A stretch of 64,000 bases of DNA from Octopus vulgaris. Taxonomy: Eukaryota. Each line of letters opens with the position of its first letter. Positions within the stretch are counted from its first letter, which is position 1. The stretch is taken from the NCBI GenBank assembly GCA_951406725.2, contig OX597815.1, positions 8,308,001-8,372,000 on the forward strand. The letters are read 5' to 3'. Under the pieces are notes generated by a model. That model made no database searches. It was given only the letters and a program-made list of their open reading frames with translations, and was not told the origin of the DNA. This document shows positions 63,791 through 64,000 of the stretch, one piece after another. A program made the position numbers and the translations under genes.

Positions 63791-64000
63791 CATATCATTA
63801 TCATTTACTGGCCACTTTTTCATGGTTCAGAGGGGGTTTACCGAGACAGATTTTCTGTGGTTGCATACTCTCTTGGACATGCTGCCTTGTGAATATATTC
63901 TGGCCCCTCATCATCAACTTATCTTTCCTTCACACCATTCTGTCCACCTGGCTTCCATGCCAGTGGCACTTAAAAGGCACCATTTGAGCATGATCGTTAC

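Noticed and set aside
63860-63915. GQNIFTRQ on the minus strand as the missing upstream ACAT1 exon
   Set aside because: No GNVL/GQAP-type context and no suitable splice sites.

Overview
AT-rich, microsatellite- and SINE-dense eukaryotic DNA. The repeat families suggest an octopus or other coleoid cephalopod (inference). Two convergent intron-rich genes can be rebuilt with GT-AG boundaries and consistent phase. (1) + strand: ANKRD6/Diversin/Diego-like planar-cell-polarity ankyrin gene, 11 coding exons at 13800-39189, start exon not located. (2) - strand: mitochondrial acetoacetyl-CoA thiolase ACAT1-like gene, 9 coding exons at 62591-47786, with 5' exons not found in the window. The rest is a mosaic of four SINE or SINE-like families, CR1/RTE/R4-Dong LINE fragments, non-autonomous Helitrons, MITEs, minisatellites and Penelope-like relics. 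The most unusual signal is a set of minimal hammerhead-ribozyme motifs in Penelope-like inverted-repeat inserts, whose core 3-8 tertiary pair covaries (C3-G8 at 3424, U3-A8 at 35244, G3-C8 at 52279). Intronic copies with an intact core are antisense to the host gene. Nearly all short ORFs in the supplied track are microsatellite or SINE artefacts. All calls were made by eye, without database searches.
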